Shown here: positions 9,720 to 18,173 of the stretch, in pieces
How the letters are laid out: every line of letters starts with the position of its first letter
How positions within the stretch are numbered: the stretch's first letter is position 1
Assembly: GCA_049510395.1 (NCBI GenBank)
Contig: JBEKYY010000013.1
Location: forward strand, 22,332 to 86,331
Direction of reading: 5' to 3'
Source of the DNA: Verrucomicrobiota bacterium
GTDB lineage: Bacteria > Verrucomicrobiota > Verrucomicrobiia > Limisphaerales > UBA11358
Length of the DNA: 64,000 bases
The notes under the pieces: model-generated
Seen by the model: the letters and a program-made list of their open reading frames with translations, nothing else
What the model was told of the DNA's origin: nothing
Databases searched by the model: none
Made by a program: the position numbers and the translations under genes

Positions 9720-10091
9720 CGCCTACAATGATTCAGGGCTGACGGGCTTCGAATCGGCACGGCCTTCGCCCGGCAGACAAGCCACCATCAGCCAGACCAG
9801 CGCCGCGGGAGTTATGAAAAGCTTCGAAAGTCTCACTGTTCCGGCTTTATAGCCCGCCGCACTTCAATTCGGCAAGCATCATTTGGCCCGAACTGGGTGC
9901 AAAGTAACACGGTATCTGGAGCGCGGCTTGTCCCAAGCCGCAGCACCGGCAAATGCCAGAGCCAGTTGGAAAGTTTTTATGAACCGGTTTCCGCAAATGG
10001 ACCTGCTGCGAGTTGGGACAACTCGCGCTCCGGTGGTCGTACAGATACAGTGTTGTTTTGCACCCACCCGAACTCCGAAATTGCCGGCGGC

Positions 10092-10661
10092 TCAGGATTT
10101 CGTTTGCAGGGCGTGGATGGCATCCTGCGCGTCTTTTTGAACCTTCGGGTTGGGATCCTTCAACAAGGGTTCGATGGAAGGAATCACATCCTTGTTTCCC
10201 AGAACGGCCAGGGTCCGGCAGGCATCGCGCATGACAAAAGGATCGGAATTTTTGAGGCATGGAATTATTTGCGGCACCGTCTGTGGCGCTTCGAGCCCGC
10301 GCAGTGCCTTCAAACCGTCCATTACCGTCTTCGGGTCGGATGACTTCAAAAACGCACAAATGCTGTCAATCTCGGCGCTGTCCAGCTTGGCATGAAGCGC
10401 ACCCAGGTAACGGGCGGCCTTCCTCTGCACCATGAGCCGTGAATCTGTCAGGAGTTTCTTCGCCGCTGGAAAAGATTTTGTGCTGGTGGGATATTGCTTC
10501 TCCAGTCTCAGCAGAGCCTTGGTGACGACTTGCTCATTCGGAGACGACAAATCTGTGATGAGTTTGTCTTCATCCAAGGGTCCCGCGAGCAACGGCGTTG
10601 AGGGGTTGAGGACCAGCGATATTAACGCTCCGGCAAGAATCCATCTGCAAAGGCTTTTCAT
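10092..10661 (-). CDS. Secreted HEAT-repeat protein
   Basis: Signal peptide; repeated LLxDxxxxVxxxAxxxL units. Confidence 0.75.
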   Translation of the reverse strand: MKSLCRWILAGALISLVLNPSTPLLAGPLDEDKLITDLSSPNEQVVTKALLRLEKQYPTSTKSFPAAKKLLTDSRLMVQRKAARYLGALHAKLDSAEIDSICAFLKSSDPKTVMDGLKALRGLEAPQTVPQIIPCLKNSDPFVMRDACRTLAVLGNKDVIPSIEPLLKDPNPKVQKDAQDAIHALQTKS

Positions 10662-10946
10662 GATTGTTTTGTGATTTTTTGGTTGTTGTTTCGCCTGCAA
10701 CGACTGTAGGGAAGACTAGCGAAGCTTCATTCACAATGTCAACCATGCCAACGAAACTACCTGCCAGGTTGGCACATTTAATCCACTGCCCATGATATGA
10801 TGTCGCCAAGGCAGCGATCCTGAAACTGAATCCGGCTTTCGCAATGTCTGGTTCCGCGGGATCGAAGACTCGGAGCGGAAATTCAGAAAGTGCCGCTGAA
10901 CCAGCCGGTTTTGGGGGTTACCAGACCGGCTGGCGCCGCTGATGTC

Positions 10947-11810
10947 TCACCAGTTTGTGCCGAGCCCGAGCCCGAAGTACTGCTCGGTCTCGTTGTAGAA
11001 CTGCCCCAGCATCACACGACCGCAGCGCAACTCGAAAAACAGTCGCGAGGCTTCCAGCGCCTTGCCTTTGCCCTTCGGCCCGATGAAGAAGCCGGCCTGA
11101 ATCGCCGCGTCCGGGTTCCAGGAGCGCCACTCCCACGCTTCCGCATCCAACGCCACATACCCGCGCTCCCAAGGTGGCAGTCGGGTGAGTTCCACCCCCG
11201 CGTGGAATCCGGCACTGCGCAGTTTTTCCGGCTTTGCCCAAGGCTGGCCGATGACGCCGCCATACAGACGCAGCCATTCTTCACCGGTCCACGAAGCGGT
11301 CAGGCGCACCCCGTTCACATTGTAATCAATCCGCTCGCGCTCGCCGCGGTCCAGCATCTCGTCCCCGAGATGCGAGCTTTCGTGATAGAAGAAAAACTCG
11401 TAGGCCGTGCGCTTGAACCGTATGCCATACACGCCGCCGCCGCGCACATCCGTCGCCCACATGTCGAACGACCCGGAGTTGAACTGGAACCGGGTGGCCA
11501 CGCCAAAACGCGGTCCCATGCTTTGAAACGACGACTCGTTGGTTCGCTGCCACACGGAGACATCGGTTCCCAGGTTGAAATCCCACACGTCCTGCCCGTG
11601 ATCGGTGAACGCCCACACCGAGCGCAACCCATCCTCCTTCGGGGCAGCCAGGCTCAGCGGCAACGCGCGCTGGGTGCCACCGAACCAGACCGTCTCGCCC
11701 GCGCGAAGCGCGCCTGGCAAAAGCAGGAGGAGGCACGTGAAAAACGTTGTAACGAGCATGCTCCGGCGAACAGGTTGGTTTTTCACAGTCAGTAATTTTG
11801 GATTCTTCAT
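10947..11810 (-). CDS. Outer-membrane protein, DUF1207-like
   Basis: Signal peptide; YHESSHLGDE motif; alternating beta-strand pattern with terminal aromatic residue; start uncertain. Confidence 0.6.
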   Translation of the reverse strand: MKNPKLLTVKNQPVRRSMLVTTFFTCLLLLLPGALRAGETVWFGGTQRALPLSLAAPKEDGLRSVWAFTDHGQDVWDFNLGTDVSVWQRTNESSFQSMGPRFGVATRFQFNSGSFDMWATDVRGGGVYGIRFKRTAYEFFFYHESSHLGDEMLDRGERERIDYNVNGVRLTASWTGEEWLRLYGGVIGQPWAKPEKLRSAGFHAGVELTRLPPWERGYVALDAEAWEWRSWNPDAAIQAGFFIGPKGKGKALEASRLFFELRCGRVMLGQFYNETEQYFGLGLGTNW

Positions 11811-11917
11811 GGCCTGTCGCATTTTGTTCACCTAATCGCCCGCGTCTTCCCTTTCCTTATGGGCCAACTAACAATCTATTGCAGTCCCGGCGTCAAGCCG
11901 AATATGCTTGGCCAATC

Positions 11918-13501
11918 ATGATTGGACTGAACGGACACGCGCTCACGATCCCCGGCCTGTGGCAGATTGCCCATCGGCAAACCGGATGCGGGCTGACCGA
12001 TCCGGCCCGCAAGCTTATGCGCCAGAGCCGGGCGCTCGTCGAGAAAGTGGCCGCCGAACCGCGTGCCGTTTATGGCATCAACACCGGCTTCGGCCCGCTC
12101 AGCGGCACGCGCGTCTCGCCGGAGGATTTGCAGCGGCACCAGCTCAACCTCCTGCACCATTTGTCCGTTGGACAGGGCGAACTCTTCTCCACCGAGGAAA
12201 CCCGCGCCATCATGGCGGCCCGGGCCAATGCCCTGGCGCGCGGGTTTTCCGGCATCCGCCCGGAAGTTGTCGAATTGCTCGTCGCCGCCCTCAATCGCGA
12301 CCTCCTTCCGGAAATTCCGTGTGAAGGTTCGGTCGGAGCCAGTGGCGACCTCGCGCCGCTGGCTCACATGGCTCGGCTCCTGGTCGGTTTGGGACACGTT
12401 CGCGCCGGCAAAAAACGGCTCCCGGCCACAAAGGCTTTGAAGCAACACGGCTTGAAGCCGGTCGTCCTGCAATGCAAGGAAGGGCTCGCGCTGGTCAACG
12501 GAACGTCCGTGATGGCCGCGCTGGCCGCGCTGGCCACACATGAAGCGGGTGTGCTGTTGAGTTGGGCGGAGTTGCTGACCGCGTGTTTGTTCCAGGTGCT
12601 CTGGGCGTCGCCGGAGGCTCTCTGCGAGCAGGTTCACAAGGCGCGCGGATTTCGCGGACAATCGGCAGTGGCCGACCGGATGGCCCGGCATCTGCGCACG
12701 CATCCCCGGTTCCGCCGCGAGATTGATGAGCACGCGTGGGGTTCCCACGCCAAGCCGGTGGAGCCGGGCGTGGAGATTCAAGACCCGTATTCCGTGCGTT
12801 GCGCACCGCAAATCCTCGGCGCGTTTCAGGAAGCGCTCTGGCACATTGAAAGTGTGGTCACCCGCGAACTCAACGCCTCGACGGACAACCCCCTCGTTTT
12901 CCCGCAAACCCAGTCCGTCATTCACTGCGGCAATTTCTACGGCCAGCAAATCTCGATGGTGTGTGATTACCTCCGCCTTTGCCTCGCGAAAACCGCGCTG
13001 CTGCTCGAACGCCAGCTCGAACGGCTCGTGAACTGGCGTTACAGCCAGGGTCTGCCGCCGCTGCTCTCGGGGGGCGACCCCGGATTGAACTCCGGTTTCA
13101 TGGGCGTCCAACTGCTGGCCACGTCGCTGGCCGCCGAATGCCGGATGCTCAGCGCCCCTGCCTCGGTGCAAACCATTCCGACCAACGCCAACAACCAGGA
13201 TGTGGTCAGCATGGGTTGCATCTCCGCCCGGCTCACCCGCCAGTTGACGGACAAGCTGTGGAAAATTCTCGCGGCTCAAAGTCTGGCCCTCGTTCAGGCG
13301 GCGGATTTGCGCGGGCGCAAGCAGAACGTCATGGGTGGCGATTATCGCAAACTCCACAAGCTGGTCCGGGGCGTCTCGTCGCAACTCACCGATGACCGGC
13401 CGCTGTTTGAGGACATCGCCCGAGTCCGCGATCTTCTGCAATCGTCCGCCGCACAGGACCATCTCCTTTCCGCAAGACCAACACCCCACAAGCTACCATG
13501 A
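11918..13501 (+). CDS. Aromatic amino acid ammonia-lyase (MIO), probably tyrosine ammonia-lyase
   Basis: VYGINTGFG, GSVGASGDL (MIO Ala-Ser-Gly), KEGLALVNGT, QDPYSVRC, NQDVVSMG; NLLHHL selectivity region. Confidence 0.9.
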   Translation: MIGLNGHALTIPGLWQIAHRQTGCGLTDPARKLMRQSRALVEKVAAEPRAVYGINTGFGPLSGTRVSPEDLQRHQLNLLHHLSVGQGELFSTEETRAIMAARANALARGFSGIRPEVVELLVAALNRDLLPEIPCEGSVGASGDLAPLAHMARLLVGLGHVRAGKKRLPATKALKQHGLKPVVLQCKEGLALVNGTSVMAALAALATHEAGVLLSWAELLTACLFQVLWASPEALCEQVHKARGFRGQSAVADRMARHLRTHPRFRREIDEHAWGSHAKPVEPGVEIQDPYSVRCAPQILGAFQEALWHIESVVTRELNASTDNPLVFPQTQSVIHCGNFYGQQISMVCDYLRLCLAKTALLLERQLERLVNWRYSQGLPPLLSGGDPGLNSGFMGVQLLATSLAAECRMLSAPASVQTIPTNANNQDVVSMGCISARLTRQLTDKLWKILAAQSLALVQAADLRGRKQNVMGGDYRKLHKLVRGVSSQLTDDRPLFEDIARVRDLLQSSAAQDHLLSARPTPHKLP

Positions 13502-13875
13502 AAAAAAACCTTCTATTCGCTGGTTTGTTGATGAGTCTATTGCTGTTGGTTGGCTGCCAAAGCGAAGCAGACAAGGAAGAACGAATGTTGCTCCGAAAAC
13601 AACATCGTTTCGAAGCAAAGGAACGCCAGGCTAGAGTGGATGAACGCCTTTCATCTCAAGCACAGCTCGCTGAACAGAACAGACTTCAACACAAATACCT
13701 CCGCTTTAGCACCGTCGAATTGAAAATGATGTATTCAAAGTACTCGGAAAAGTCCTCCAGTTCGGATCGAGTAGTGGAGATTGAACGAGAATTGCGCCGC
13801 CGCTGGAAAGCTGGTGACGCCGATGCGCAGCTGCCACAGTTTGAGGATAGTTCCGTGCCAGCAGCTTCCAAGTGA
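13498..13875 (+). CDS. Hypothetical lipoprotein (lower GC)
   Basis: Lipobox LVGC; charged helical body; overlaps both neighbours. Confidence 0.65.
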   Translation: MKKNLLFAGLLMSLLLLVGCQSEADKEERMLLRKQHRFEAKERQARVDERLSSQAQLAEQNRLQHKYLRFSTVELKMMYSKYSEKSSSSDRVVEIERELRRRWKAGDADAQLPQFEDSSVPAASK

Positions 13876-14816
13876 TGGACACCCGCACCTCCGATTCCGC
13901 GCGCTGGACCGGCCGCACGCGCGGCGGCTATTTCGGGAACTGGTTCTTCGTGCAGTTGATCCGTGTGCTGGGGCTGCGCGGCGCTTATGCGTGGCTGGTG
14001 TTTGTGGCCGCGTATTTCACCTTCGCCAGCCCGCGTTCCTACCGCGCTTCCGTGAATTACCTCCAGCGCGTGTTGGGGCCAAAGCCCTGGTGGCAGCGTC
14101 CGTTGCTCGTGTATCGCCACTTCTTTTCCTTCGGTGTCACGCTGCTGGACCGGCTGGCGGTCGTGATCGGCCGGCACCAGATGAGTTGCACCTTTGAAGG
14201 CGAGGAGCGTTTCCGGGAATTCCTCAACCAGGGCAAAGGCATCATCCTGCTCGGCGCGCACGTGGGCGGTTGGGAAATGGGCGGGCACCTGCTGGGCCGC
14301 TTTGGCATCCCGGTCAATCTCGTCGTGCTGGAAAAAGAGCAGGAGCACATCCGCCGCCTCTTCGACCGCGCCCTGGAGGGCAAACAATTCCGCATCCTGA
14401 CCGCCGACGAGAACCCGCTGCGCAGCGTGCCGATCATGGCGGCGTTGCGGCGCGGGGAAATGGTGGGCTTGCACGGCGACCGCGCGTTTGGCGGGGCGGA
14501 TTTGACAGTGTCGTTTCTCGGGGGCCAGGCGCGTTTTCCCATCGGCGCGTATCATCTGGCCGCCGTGACCGGCGCGCCCATCTTTCAGGTCTTCGCCGTC
14601 CGCGAACGCATTGGACAGTATCGTTTCTTCACGTTTCCACCGCAGTTTGTCGCCCGCGACGCCGTGCGACGGAATCCGGCGGCACTGCGCGAGTGCGTCG
14701 AGCATTATGCCGTGCGGTTGGAGTCCGTGCTCCGGCAGTATCCGTATCAATGGTATAACATCTACGACTTCTGGGAGGCGGATGCCTCCGGCGGAAGCGT
14801 GACACAAACACAATGA
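13875..14816 (+). CDS. LpxL/lipid A-type acyltransferase (APE/flexirubin type)
   Basis: W..RTRGG N-terminus, HVGGWE, GDR, YPYQWYNIYDFW. Confidence 0.88.
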   Translation: MDTRTSDSARWTGRTRGGYFGNWFFVQLIRVLGLRGAYAWLVFVAAYFTFASPRSYRASVNYLQRVLGPKPWWQRPLLVYRHFFSFGVTLLDRLAVVIGRHQMSCTFEGEERFREFLNQGKGIILLGAHVGGWEMGGHLLGRFGIPVNLVVLEKEQEHIRRLFDRALEGKQFRILTADENPLRSVPIMAALRRGEMVGLHGDRAFGGADLTVSFLGGQARFPIGAYHLAAVTGAPIFQVFAVRERIGQYRFFTFPPQFVARDAVRRNPAALRECVEHYAVRLESVLRQYPYQWYNIYDFWEADASGGSVTQTQ

Positions 14817-14881
14817 AAAATTTCAAAGTCAGGACGTTGGCGTTTCCATGGCAGTTCATATTGTCATTGGCACACGAAAGT

Positions 14882-15048
14882 TCATGCGAAAACTTCGCGG
14901 ACACTTTGTTTTCATGCAAAGCGCCAGAGGACTGGCGCACTCCAGGACGCTTCGCGGATTTCTGGGATCATCGTGTCGCGCACAGCGTCTTGGACTGCGG
15001 CGGCCCTCCGCCGCTTTTCCCAGAGGCATACCAAACTGTGCCCATGTT
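14882..15048. repeat. ~165-bp palindromic MITE/REP doublet, family A
   Basis: aaagcgccagaggactggcgcactcc ... ggactgcggcggccctccgccgcttt; highly similar copy at 23894-24060. Confidence 0.85.
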
Positions 15049-15097
15049 TACTTCTGTCCCTGGAGTCCACCGCCGTTCTCCCTAACCAATCAATCCC

Positions 15098-15580
15098 ATG
15101 CCTTCTCCAAACTCACGCATCACCCTGAACAACGCGCCATCAGTTCCCCGGCCATTCTTGGAGGAAAAAACGCTGATCCGCGTGCGCTTCAACGAAGTGG
15201 ACGCCATGCGGATCGTGTGGCACGGGCACTATGTCGGCTATTTCGAGGAGGCGCGGCGCGCGTTTGGCCGGCGCTACGGCGTGGACTACACGGTAATGTT
15301 CGAGCACAACACCCCGGCGCCGGTCGTTCAACTTCACGTGGACTACTATGCGCCAGCGCGCATGAGCGACGTGCTCGAAGTGACCGCCCGGCTGTTCAAA
15401 TCCGAGAGCGCTAAACTGGAATTTGAATATGAAATTTACCGGCAGGGCGACACCACGCTGCTGGCGACCGGCAGCAGTGTGCAGGTTTTCACCAACACCG
15501 CCGGCGAATTGCTGCTGACCTGGCCGCCGTACATGGTTGAACTGCTCAAAAAATGGGAGCCTCTCTGGAAACAACCCTGA
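15098..15580 (+). CDS. Acyl-CoA/ACP thioesterase (4HBT/YbgC family)
   Basis: VRFNEVDAMRIVWHGHYVGYFE hotdog motif. Confidence 0.88.
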   Translation: MPSPNSRITLNNAPSVPRPFLEEKTLIRVRFNEVDAMRIVWHGHYVGYFEEARRAFGRRYGVDYTVMFEHNTPAPVVQLHVDYYAPARMSDVLEVTARLFKSESAKLEFEYEIYRQGDTTLLATGSSVQVFTNTAGELLLTWPPYMVELLKKWEPLWKQP

Positions 15581-16752
15581 GCCAGCCCCGCGCAGCCGTG
15601 GCCGGGTGCGGCGCCATTTGCGCCACCGGAGCCGGCATTGGGACGCTCGCCGATGCGTTGCGCGACAACCGCAGCGCCCTGCGCGCGCGCGAGGCGTTTG
15701 CGGGCAAACGCTATCAAACCACCGTCGCAGGCTGGGTGCCGGAAGAAACCATCGCGCAACTCGCCACACACGACCCGGAGCATGCCGATGCGCACGCGTT
15801 CCTGATGGCCGATGCGGCCTTGCAGGAAGCGGGAAAGAATCTCCCGACCGCGGCCGCCGGACGTCGGGCGCTCGTGTTGTCCACGACCAAGGCCGACATT
15901 CTGGCGATGGAACGAGTGTTCCACCGGCAGCCCTGTTCCCGGACGGTCCACCGCCACATCCTGCCCCGGTTGCTTGCCGACGATCTGGCGGCGGCGCATC
16001 AGGTGCGCGGCCCGGTGCAATGCGTTTCCGCCGCGTGCATCTCCGGCCTGCTGGCGTTGCAGCAAGGCGCGTCGCTCATCGAGCGCGGCGCGGCGGATGT
16101 GGTGCTGGTCGCGGGCGTGGACCTCGTCTCGCACTTCGTGCTGGCTGGCTTCACGTCGTTGAAGTCCCTCGACGCCGAAGGTTGCCGCCCGTTTGACAGC
16201 CGGCGCACGGGATTGAGTCTGGGCGAAGGCGCGGGCGCGGTGGCGTTGGTGCGCCGCGACCTGCTGCCGTCGCCGGTCTGGACAATTGCGGGCTGGGGCA
16301 GCAGCAACGACGCGAACCATCTCACCGGCCCTTCGCGGGACGGTTCCGGCTTGGTACTGGCGATCAACCGCGCGCTCCAGCGGGCTGCCGTGGCGACCGG
16401 CGGTATTGATTACCTCCACGCTCACGGCACCGGCACGCTTTACAACGACAACATGGAATCGCTCGCCCTGCGCACTGTGTTTGGCAAGAATGTTCCGCCA
16501 TGCAGTTCGAGCAAAGGCATTTTTGGCCACACGTTGGGCGCGGCGGGTGTTCTCGAAACCATCCTGTGCCTGCTGGCAGCGCGTTCCAACACGCTGCCCG
16601 GCACACCGCGCCTGCTCGAACGCGATCCGGTTGCGCCTCAATCCATGCTCCTGCGGCCACAACCCGCCACCCGATTGCGCTGCATGCTAAAAATCAACTC
16701 CGGCTTCGGCGGTGCCAACGCCGCGCTGGTGCTGCGGAAAGACCCGGCATGA
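15553..16752 (+). CDS. Beta-ketoacyl-ACP synthase (active KS)
   Basis: SAACISG (Cys), HAHGTGT, GHTLGAAG, NSGFGG. Confidence 0.9.
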   Translation: MGASLETTLSQPRAAVAGCGAICATGAGIGTLADALRDNRSALRAREAFAGKRYQTTVAGWVPEETIAQLATHDPEHADAHAFLMADAALQEAGKNLPTAAAGRRALVLSTTKADILAMERVFHRQPCSRTVHRHILPRLLADDLAAAHQVRGPVQCVSAACISGLLALQQGASLIERGAADVVLVAGVDLVSHFVLAGFTSLKSLDAEGCRPFDSRRTGLSLGEGAGAVALVRRDLLPSPVWTIAGWGSSNDANHLTGPSRDGSGLVLAINRALQRAAVATGGIDYLHAHGTGTLYNDNMESLALRTVFGKNVPPCSSSKGIFGHTLGAAGVLETILCLLAARSNTLPGTPRLLERDPVAPQSMLLRPQPATRLRCMLKINSGFGGANAALVLRKDPA

Positions 16753-17438
16753 GCGACATCGTCATCAAAGCGGCGGGCTGGCTTGGCCCGGAGGGTTTCG
16801 GAAACGACCTCGCTGGCCTGGCAAACTGGCCCGCGCCGCTCGGCGAGGCGTTGCGTCGCGGCGAGTTGGAGGAACTCCGCTGGTCCGAGTTATTCGACTC
16901 GGAGGCAGAGCGGTTTGCGCGGATGGACTGGTTGAGCCGTCTCGGACTCATGGCGGTGGAGTTGCTCGACGCGCGTTTTGAAACATGGGACGCGCAAGAC
17001 CGGGAACAAACGGGCATCTGCGTGGAAACCGCCACCGGCTGCCTGACCAGCGACGCGGAATTCCTCCGGCTGCCCCGGCCCACCGTGTTCACCTACACAC
17101 TGCCCAGTACGGTCATCGGTGAAATCTGCATCCGCCATCGCTTCAAAGGCCCGATGCTGTGCCTCATGTCCTCCGGCAAATCCACACGCGCCACGATTGA
17201 TGAAGCAGCGGGCTGGCTGCGCGAAGGCTCGGCCAAGGCGTGCCTCTGCGTCAGTTGCGAAGCGGTGTCCCCGGACGTCGCCGCGCTGCTCCCGCCGGAC
17301 CTGGCGCTGGAAAACAAGTGGCAGGCGTGCGCCCTGTTGCTCGGCCGGAAATCGGGCGCCCCCCGCCAACATGCGCTCGGCAAGGGCACTTTGACTGAAA
17401 CCTGCCGTCATCTTTGCCGCGCCGCCAGACGCTGTTAA
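16749..17438 (+). CDS. Short KS-like / chain-length-factor partner
   Basis: RFARMDWLSRLG, PTVFTYTLPSTVIGEICIRH; no catalytic residues; ATGA coupling. Confidence 0.75.
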   Translation: MSDIVIKAAGWLGPEGFGNDLAGLANWPAPLGEALRRGELEELRWSELFDSEAERFARMDWLSRLGLMAVELLDARFETWDAQDREQTGICVETATGCLTSDAEFLRLPRPTVFTYTLPSTVIGEICIRHRFKGPMLCLMSSGKSTRATIDEAAGWLREGSAKACLCVSCEAVSPDVAALLPPDLALENKWQACALLLGRKSGAPRQHALGKGTLTETCRHLCRAARRC

Positions 17439-17449
17439 ACGAAACTTTT

Positions 17450-17707
17450 ATGGAAGCACTCGTTGAAGAACTGAAAAACAAAATCATCGCGGCGTTGAGC
17501 TTGGAGGACATCAAACCGGCGGACATCAAAGCCGACGAACCGATTTTCGGCACGGGTCTGGGGTTGGACTCGATTGACAGCCTCGAACTCGTGTCCATGC
17601 TGGAACGCGACTACGGCATCCTGATTGAGGAGATGAGCGTGGCGCAGAAGGCGTTTGCCTCCGTGCGAACTCTCGCTGAATTCGTCGCCAAAAACCGCAA
17701 GAACTGA
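17450..17707 (+). CDS. Acyl carrier protein
   Basis: GLGLDSIDSLEL motif. Confidence 0.92.
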   Translation: MEALVEELKNKIIAALSLEDIKPADIKADEPIFGTGLGLDSIDSLELVSMLERDYGILIEEMSVAQKAFASVRTLAEFVAKNRKN

Positions 17708-17729
17708 GCTGTATCCATGCAGAAGACTT

Positions 17730-17910
17730 TCAACGCCAAGACGCAAAGGAGCGAAGGCGCAAAGGTTTTGGACTGCGGTGGCAGCCTGCCAAGGCGAAGC
17801 GCAGCGAAGACTGGAGCGCAGCGGCGACACCGCTTTTCGACTGCGGACAGAGCTCCCAAAGCGGCGTGCCCCGAAAGCTTTCGGGGTTCCCGCCGCAGTC
17901 CCAAAAGATT
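17730..17910. repeat. Nested palindromic REP-like elements
   Basis: acgcaaag repeats, ttttggactgcgg...ccgcagtcccaaaa inverted arms, internal ccccgaaagctttcgggg palindrome. Confidence 0.7.
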
Positions 17911-18173
17911 TGGTTGTGGCTTGGCCTCTTTGCAGTTCTATGTCACAGGATCGCGCATTTCTGACAACAATTTTCTGCGTGGGGTATCGTACGTCCTTTT
18001 CACCAACGGATGAAAGGTTCCAACTGATGGAAAAAATATTCTGTCAAAAAATCCGTTGGTACTTTTCATCCGTTGGCAAGCATCGTTCTCCGCCCATGGG
18101 CTTTGGTTGCGGCTTGGCCGCGCTGCACCTTGGCGTTGAATTCCGGCTGAATAGTTACGGCTGAAAGCGCGTT

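Noticed and set aside
9847-10090. Cys-rich minus-strand ORF tail downstream of the HEAT gene
   Set aside because: No clear start or RBS; the ORF mostly overlaps the HEAT gene in another frame
11876-13489. Long antisense ORFs (also 4819-6009, 24807-26684, 31805-33301, 61621-62835)
   Set aside because: Shadows of well-supported genes on the opposite strand in GC-rich DNA; no motifs
14813-15085. Short ORFs over palindromic repeats (also 17655-18164, 28961-29245)
   Set aside because: Translations of repeat DNA; no independent coding evidence
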